DNA from: Octopus sinensis
Lineage: Eukaryota
Assembly (NCBI RefSeq): GCF_006345805.1
Contig: NW_021832210.1
Location: forward strand, 1-31,004
Length of the DNA stretch: 31,004 nucleotides
Direction of reading: 5' to 3'
Below the pieces are notes generated by a model. It saw only the letters and a list, made by a program, of their open reading frames with translations. It was not told the DNA's origin and searched no databases. Made by a program: the position numbers and the translations under genes. How positions within the stretch are numbered: position 1 is the first letter of the stretch; each line of letters begins with the position of its first letter. Below are positions 23,094 to 31,004 of the stretch, piece after piece.

Positions 23094-23941
23094 CCTCTTT
23101 TACTCTTTTACTTGTTTCAGTCATTTGACTGCGGCCATGCTGGAGCACCGCCTTTAATCAAGCAACTCGACCCCGGAACTTATTCTTTTTGTAAGCCCAG
23201 TACTTATTCTATGGCTCACTTTTAGCCGAACCGCTGAGTAACGGGGACGTAAACACACCAGCATCGGTTGTCAAGCAATGCTAGGGGGACAAACACAGAC
23301 ACACAAACTCACACATATATATATATTTTTAAAGACTCCGCCGGTTACGACGACGAGGGTCCCAGCTGATACGATCAACGGAACAGCTTGCTCGTGAAAT
23401 TAACGTGCAAATGGCTGAGCATTCCACAGACACGTGTACCCTTAACGTAGTTCTCGGGGATAATCGGCGTGGCACAGAGAGTGACAAGGCTGACCCTTTG
23501 AAATACAAGTACAACTCATTTTTGCCAGCTGAGTGGACTGGAGCAACGTGAAATAAAGTGTCTTGCTCAAGGACACAACGCGTCGCCGGGAATCGAACTC
23601 ACAACCTTACGATCATGAGCCGAATGCCCTAACCACTAAGCCACGCGCCCTCACTATATATATATATATACGACAGGCTTCTTTCAGTTTCTGTCTACCA
23701 AATCCACTCACAAGGCTTTATATATATATATATATACTCTTTTACTCTTTTACTTGTTTCTGTCATTTGACTGCGGCCATGCTGGAGCACCGCCTTTTAA
23801 TCGAGCAACTCGACCCCGGGACTTATTCTTTTTCTAAGCCCAGTACTTATTCTATCGGTCTCCTTTTGCCGAACCGCTAAGTAACGGGGACATAAACACA
23901 CCAGCATCGGTTGTCAAGCAATGCTAGGGAGACAAACACAG

Positions 23942-23972
<31 letters not shown>

Positions 23973-24890
23973 CGACAGGCTTCTTTCAGTTTCCGTCTAC
24001 CAAATCCACTCACAAGGCTTTGGTCGGCCCGATGCTATAGTAGAAGACACTTGCCCAAGGTGCCACGCAGTGGGACTGAACCCGGAACCATGTGGTTCGT
24101 AAGCAAGCTACTTACCACACAGCCACTCCTACGCCTATATATATATACATATATACGACAAGCTTCTTTCAGTTTCCGTCTACCAAATCCACTCACAAGG
24201 CTTTGGTCGGCCCGAGGCTATAATAAAAGACACTCGCCCATGGTGCCACGCAGTGGGACTGAACCCGGAAACATGTGGTTGGTAAACAAGCTACTTACCA
24301 CACAGCCACCCCTGCACCTATATATATATATACATACATATATATATATATACAATGGGCTTCTTTCAGTTTCCATCTACCAAATCCACTCACAAGGCAT
24401 TGGTTGGCCCGAGGCTATAGCAGAAGACACTTGCCCAAGATGCCACGCAGTGGGACTGAACCCGGAACCACGTGGTTGGTAAGCAAGCTACTTACCACAC
24501 AGCCACTCCTGCGCCTATATATATATACATACATATATATACGACAGGCTTCTTTCAGTTTCCGTCTATCAAATCCACTCACAAGGCTTTGGTCGGCCCG
24601 AGGCTATAGTAGAAGAACACCCACCATGGTGCCACGCAGTGGGACTGAACCCGGAACCATGTGGTTGGTTAGCAAGCTACTTACCACACAGCCACTCCTA
24701 CGCCTATATATATATATATATATATATACATAATACAACAGGCTTCTTTCAGTTCAGTTTCCGTCTACCAATCCACTCACAAGGCTTTGGTCGGCCCGAG
24801 GCTATAGTAAAAGACACTCGCCCATGGTGCCATGCAGTGGGACTGAACCCGGAACCATGTGGTTGGTAAGCAAGCTACTTACCACACAGC
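23094..24890 (-). mobile_element. SINE-A cluster: truncated unit (interrupted by SINE-C), full copy (23735-24135) and four heads
   Basis: Family match on the minus strand. Confidence 0.9.
23330..23654 (-). mobile_element. SINE-C: tRNA head, CORE-like central domain and SINE-B-type 3' module
   Basis: Minus strand: A box TGGCTTAGTGG, B box GTTCGATTCC, then GTCCTTGAGCAAGACACTT...CTCAGCTGGCAAAAATGAGT (CORE-like), then TGTATTTCAAAGGG...TCGTCGTAACCGG shared with SINE-B. Confidence 0.82.
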
Positions 24891-25079
24891 CTGCCCTGTT
24901 ATTCTGCATGTATTCAATATTCTACTTTAAAACTCATTCACACATCGGATGTTTTCGCCCCCAAAACGTGATGAGTCATTAAAAATTCAGGACTGTGATA
25001 TTTAATACATGATTGGTTAAACGGCTCGATGACGGGGTATTTAACCGGGATGGGAGGGGGGAAGCTTTTTGCCCTGCCA

Positions 25080-25112
<33 letters not shown>

Positions 25113-25221
25113 TGTGTGTGTGTGTGTGTTAGCGGATTGCATTTCCGTCCGACAGACATACAATCGATTTGTGGAATGTTTATATATATATATCAATATT
25201 TATATATAATGCACACACACG

Positions 25222-25255
25222 TATATATATATATATATGTATGTATGTATATATG

Positions 25256-25322
<67 letters not shown>

Positions 25323-25430
25323 ATATATATAGGTATATATATGTATATATATATATAGATGTATATGTATATATATATATGTATATATATGTATATATAT
25401 ATATATACATATATATACATATATATATGT

Positions 25431-25480
<50 letters not shown>

Positions 25481-25497
25481 GTATATATATATAATAT
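25222..25497. repeat. (TA)n/(TATG)n microsatellite
   Basis: Direct reading. Confidence 0.95.
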
Positions 25498-25800
25498 AAC
25501 TTAGAATAACTTAGAAGGTTTTGGCCAGTATTGGCCCAGGCCATGTCTAACTTAATAGCACCACCTGGCGAAGTCTTTCAGTTCAGGATTTGGGCACCAA
25601 GGCCCATTCGAGCAGAGAGTTATTGTTTGCGGAGACATATCCGGGTGTGGGTGGTTTGTCCGGTACAGTTTGAAGGAATTTGTCCAAAGACTTCTTGAAT
25701 TTTGTGTGGTCAGTTTCTTTTTTGACGTGCCCTGGTGTAATGTTGAAGAGAGCGGGTCCAATTGAGGTGAAATAGTTGTGCCGTATTGTCCTTGTGTATA
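25496..25800 (-). mobile_element. 3' end of a second CR1/L2-group LINE
   Basis: RTIRHNYFTSIGPALFNITP...FKKSLDKFLQTVPDKPPTPGY...NSLLEW (L.N..P and FK..LD.FL..VPD.P motifs), short 3' UTR, and TTCTAAGTTA x2 tail. Confidence 0.78.
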
Positions 25801-26054
25801 TATATTCAAAAATATAAGGAATGGCCATAATAGGACTTTCGACTCAGTAGAAAGAGCAGCCAAAGTTTTTGAATGTATATTATATAGTCTTTGACTATCA
25901 TTTCTTTCTAGATGGACCGCTAGTAGTGGAGATTTTTTGCTACCCTTATATTTATTAAATATGATATATATTATATATATATATATATTATATATATAAT
26001 ATATATATATATATTAATATATCTTATATATATATATGTATATGTATATAATAT

Positions 26055-27229
26055 ACTCTTTTACTCTTTTACTCTTTTACTTGTTTCAGTCATTTGATTT
26101 GCCGCCATGCTGGAGCACCACCTTTAATCGAGCAACTCGATCCCGGGACTTATTCTTTCGTGAGCCCAGTACTTATTCTATCGGTCTCTTTTACCAAACC
26201 GCTAAGTGATGGGGACGTAAACACACCAGCATCGGTTCTCAAGCAATGCTAGGGGGTCAAACACACACACATACACAAACACACACACATACACATATAT
26301 ACATATATATACGACAGGCTTCTTTCAGTTTCCGTCTACCAAATCCAATCACAAGGCTTTGGTCGGCCCGAGGCTATAGCAGAAGACACTTGCCCAAGGT
26401 GCCACGCAGTGCGACTGAACCCGGAACCATGTGGTTGGTAAACAAGCTACTTACCACACAGCCACTCCCACGCCTATATATATATATATATATATACGGC
26501 GGGCTTCTTTCAGTTTCCGCCTACCAAATCCACTCACAAGGCTTTGGTCGGCCCGAGGCTATAGTAGAAGACACTTGCCGAAGGTGCCACGCAGTAGGAC
26601 TGAACCCGGAACCAGGTGGTTGGTAAACAAGCTACTTACCACACAGCCACTCCTACGCCTATATATATATATATATATATATATACAAATATGACGGGCT
26701 TCTTTCAGTTTCCGTCTACCAAATCCACTCACAAGGCTTTGGTCGGCCCGAGGCTATAGTAGAAGGCACTTGCCAAAGGTGCCACGCAGTGGGACTGAAC
26801 CCAGAACTACGCCTATATATATATATACTCCTACGCCTATATATATATATACTCCTATGCCTATATATATATATATATATATGACGGGATTCTTTCAGTT
26901 TCCGTCTACCAAATCCACTCACAAGGCATTGGTCGGGTCGGGGCTATAGCAGAAGACACTTGCCCAAGATGCCACGCAGTGGGACTGAACCCGGAACCAT
27001 GTGGTTGGTAAGCAAGCTACTTACCACACAGCATCTCCTGTGCCTATATATATATATATATACGACGGGCTTATTTCAGTTTCCGTCTACCAAATCCACT
27101 CACAAGGCTTTCGTCGGCCCGAGGCTATAGTAGAAGACACTTGTCCAAGGTGCCACGCAGTGGGACTGAACCTGGACCATGTGGTTGCTAAGCAAGATAC
27201 TTACCACACAGCCACCCTACGCTACATAT

Positions 27230-27310
<81 letters not shown>

Positions 27311-27492
27311 TATTATAAATCAGTATATAATACGAGGGCTTCTTTCAGTTTCTGCCTACCAAATCCACTCACAAGGCTTTGGTCGGACCGACGATAGAGA
27401 AGACACTTGCCCAAGGTGCCACACAGTGGGACTGAACCCGGAACCATGTGGTTGCTAAGCAAGCTACTTACCACACAGCATCTCCGTCGCCT
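26055..27492 (-). mobile_element. SINE-A full copy (26055-26474) plus five head-only units
   Basis: Heads at ~26494, 26691, 26881, 27061 and 27331, with TA spacers. Confidence 0.9.
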
Positions 27493-27758
27493 AGTTTCAG
27501 AAATTAAACAGATGCCTGACACAGGATCCAACAGAAAAATACACACACAACAAAATATGAACATTCTCAATATATATATACGCATACACATACACACACA
27601 AGTATATATACATTTTTTACATATATATATATTAGATATGTGTGATCAAAAGATGACTTCATCATAGGATGTAATGGATGTAACAGATAACAGAGAGGCG
27701 GGAAATTCTCATGGGGTGAAAATTTATACATTTTCAAAGCAAGCTACTTATGCCACTA

Positions 27759-27760
27759 TC

Positions 27761-27802
<42 letters not shown>

Positions 27803-27843
27803 TTAATAATAATAATGATAATAATAATGATAATAATATTATT

Positions 27844-27880
<37 letters not shown>

Positions 27881-28219
27881 TTAATAATAATAATAATAAT
27901 AATAATGATAATAATAATAATGATAATAATATTAATAATAATAATAATAATAATAATGATAAAAATACTAATAATAATAAAAATAATAAATAATAACAAT
28001 GATGATGATGATAATAATAATAATAATGATAATAAAAATAATAATAATATAAAAATAATAAATAATAATAATAATAATGATAATAAAAATAATAATAATG
28101 ACTATAATAATAGTAATATTGATAATAATAATATTATTAATAATAATAATAATATTAATAATAATAATAATAATAATAATGATAGTGATAATAATAATGA
28201 TAATAATAATAATAAATAA
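27759..28219. repeat. ~460-bp (AAT)n microsatellite with GAT interruptions
   Basis: Direct reading. Confidence 0.97.
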
Positions 28220-28305
28220 GGAGGTCAGATATCTAAGGATACTTTAGCGTATGTATGTATATATACATATATATATGTGTGTATATATAGATATATATAC
28301 ATACA

Positions 28306-28341
<36 letters not shown>

Positions 28342-28373
28342 TATATGTTTATATATGTATAAATATATATTTA

Positions 28374-28535
28374 GGCGTAGGAGAGGCTGTGTGGTAAGTA
28401 GCTTGTTTACCAACCACATGGTTCCGGGTTCAGTCCCACTGCGTGGCATCTTGGGCAAGTGTCTTCTACTATAGCCTCGGGCTGACCAAAGCCTTGTGAG
28501 TGGATTTGGTAGACGGAAACTGAAAGAAGCCTCTT
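28374..28535 (+). mobile_element. SINE-A head-only unit
   Basis: GGCGTAGGAGAGGCTGTGTGG...GAAAGAAGCC. Confidence 0.9.
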
Positions 28536-28548
28536 GTATATATATATG

Positions 28549-28952
28549 TACTCTTCTACTCTTCTTTTCTACTTGTTTCAGTCATTTGACTGTGGCCATG
28601 CTGGAGCACCGCCTTTAATTGAGCAACTCGACCTCGGAACTTATTCTTTTGTAAGCCCAGTACTTATTCCATCGATCTCTTTTGCCGAACCGCTAAGTAA
28701 CAGGGACATAAACACACCAGCATCGGATATCAAGCAATGCTAGGGGACAAACACAGACACACAAAACACACACACGCATATATATATATATATTATATAC
28801 ATATATAATATATACATATATATGACAGGCTTCTTTCAGACTGACCCCGGATCCATGGGGTTGGTAAGCAAGCTACGTACCACACAGCCACTCCTATGCC
28901 TATATATATATGTATATATATATATCTATATATAGATATATATATATATATA

Positions 28953-28990
<38 letters not shown>

Positions 28991-29362
28991 TATATACATA
29001 TATATATATATACTCATATGACGGGCTTCTTTCAGTTTCCGTCTACAAATCCACTCACAAGGCTTCGGTCGGCCCGAGGCTATAGCAGAAGACACTTGCC
29101 CAAGGTGCACGCAGTGGGACTGAACCTGGAACCATGTTGTCGGTAAACAAGCTACTTACCACACAGCCCACTCTACAACTATATATATATATATCATATA
29201 TATACGATGGGCTTCTTTCAGTTTCCATCTACCAAATCCATTCAAAAGGTTTTGGTTGGCCCGGGGCTATAGCAGAAGACACTGCCAAGTTGCCCGCAGT
29301 GGGAACTGAAACGGGAACCATGTCGTTGGTAAGCAAGCTTACCATGCAGCCACTCCTGCGCC
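28549..29362 (-). mobile_element. SINE-A copy with internal deletion (28549-28900) plus two heads
   Basis: Family match. Deletion junction TTTCAG|ACTGACCCCGG at ~28839. Confidence 0.88.
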
Positions 29363-29420
29363 TATATAATATATATGGCGTATATATACATATATAGGGA
29401 TATATAAATAGTATATATTA

Positions 29421-29466
<46 letters not shown>

Positions 29467-29796
29467 TATACTATATATATATATATATATGTATATATTA
29501 CACACACACCTTGTTGTTGCTGACTCAATGATGTATGGAACTACTAAAATAATGGAATCTTCAAAAGATGAAAAGACGTAGAAACTATGGGGAAAAGATC
29601 TATTGATCTGTTTTTTCTACTATATTTACCATTTTTACCTTTTTTTTTTACCTTAGGCACTTTTTAGTACTTAGAGTTCTGTTCCTTTATATTCTGAGAT
29701 CAAATCCCTCCGGATCAACCATAAGTCAATCCTTTCAGAATTTGAAAAAAAAAATATGTATCAATTATGTGGATTTTAGTATTTCATTCTCTCATA

Positions 29797-31004
29797 AACC
29801 CCTTTGTTACCAACCCGGCAGAAACTGTCTCTAGCTCTGAGTTCAAATGTCTTGTTTTCATAAGTTTTGAATTTATGTTCCTAACACTATCTAAATCGTA
29901 ACTAAGTTATTTTACTAAATTCTTTGTTATATTTAACCTTTTTGATACCAACCCGACTGAAACTGGCTCTGGCTCTGAGTTCAAATGTCTTGTTTTCATA
30001 AGTTTTGAATTAAAATCTTCCACCAAACCTTAGTCACATTTATGTTCCTAACATAGCTGACATAACTAAGTTATTTTACTAACTTCTTTGTTATATTTAA
30101 CCCTTTTGATACCACCCGACTGAAACCGGCTCTGGCTCTGAGTAAAAATGTCTTGTTTTCATAAGTTTGATTAAAATCTTCCACCAAACCTTAGTCACAA
30201 TTTATTCCTAACACTAGCTTAATGATAATTAAAGTATTTTACTAATTCTTTGTTATATTTAAAAGTATGAAAGAAACAAAGACCATCTTATAATAATACA
30301 GTACCCACCTGAAACTACTTCTGGCTCGAGTACAATGTCTTGCTTTCATAGTTGAATTAAATCTTTCCAAACCTTAGTCACAATTTATGTTCCACACTAG
30401 TTTAATGATCATTGATCACTTGACCGACCAGTCGTCAGGCGTCCATTTGACACCGCTGGTCACAGAACGCTGTCCCACCTCCCCGGATCGCGCCTTCTCA
30501 TCCACGTGATCCCAATTCGTCCTCTGATCGTCACTCCATCGTCGTGGAGGTCTTCCGTGTGGTCTTTTCCGCTCACGCTGGGTACCACTTTGCAACTGCG
30601 TGCATCCCACGATTATCGGTGAGCTGGTCGACGTGTCCAGCCCATCTATACTTGCTGCTGTATACTCTGGATGACATATCTCACGACGGACTCTTCTGAT
30701 GATTGTTTGAGCTTATGATAACAAGTTATTTTACTAAATTCTTTGTTATATTTAAAATTAATGAAAGAAACACAGAGCACTCTTAAATAATTAAAGTACC
30801 CACTGAAACTGCTTCTGTCTCTGAGTACAAATGTTTGTTTCATAAGGTTTGAATTAAATCTTCCCCAAACCGTAGTCACAATTATGTTCCTAATACTCGC
30901 TGAATGATAATTATTAGTACTAAATTCTTGTTATATTAACCCTTGATACCAACCCAACTGTAACCGGCTCTGGCTCTGAGTACAAATGTCTTGTTTTCAT
31001 AAGT
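29797..31004 (+). repeat. tandem array (~135-205-bp units) of a piggyBac-like MITE left portion, running off the window end
   Basis: Units start TTAA|CCCTTTTGATACCAACCC at ~29797, 29933, 30097 and 30936, or GTACCCAC at ~30301 and 30797. No right TIR seen in the window. The tandem is certain; the piggyBac assignment is tentative. Confidence 0.7.
30410..30709 (-). mobile_element. 5'-truncated second RTE-clade LINE 3' end, frameshifted, with an imperfect TSD
   Basis: Minus strand: RWAGHVDQLTDNRGMHAVAKWYP / RERKRPHGRPPRRWSD, then tail AAGTGATCAATGATC. Flanks AGTTTAATGAT (30399-30409) and AGCTTATGAT (30710-30719). Confidence 0.8.

Noticed and set aside
27674-28219. 181-aa poly-Ile/poly-Asn ORF
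   Set aside because: (AAT)n microsatellite.

Overview
Eukaryotic, AT-rich, almost entirely repetitive DNA. I can support no intact protein-coding gene, RNA gene, CRISPR array or prokaryotic-type system. The repeat families look like those of an octopus/coleoid cephalopod (inference from recalled repeat sequences, not a database search). Contents: (i) dozens of copies or pieces of one tRNA-headed SINE ('SINE-A') with an internal (TA)n/(TG)n tract, often as head-only tandem arrays; (ii) two other tRNA-headed SINEs (B, C) that share a 3' module; (iii) 3' fragments of two RTE-clade LINEs and two CR1/L2-type LINEs; (iv) a 2.5-kb Helitron-like element with internal head-to-tail arrays; (v) a tandemized piggyBac-like MITE; (vi) degenerate hammerhead-like motifs of the Penelope type; (vii) long TA, TG, TACA and AAT microsatellites that explain nearly all supplied ORFs. 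Two structural features stand out. Unrelated repeat families are each amplified as head-to-tail concatemers joined at short microhomologies. An RTE/CR1 chimeric block at 18.7-21.3 kb is inverted-duplicated, and its CR1 concatemer contains sequence lying beyond the insertion's own 5' truncation point. Coordinates were counted by eye and may be off by a few bases.
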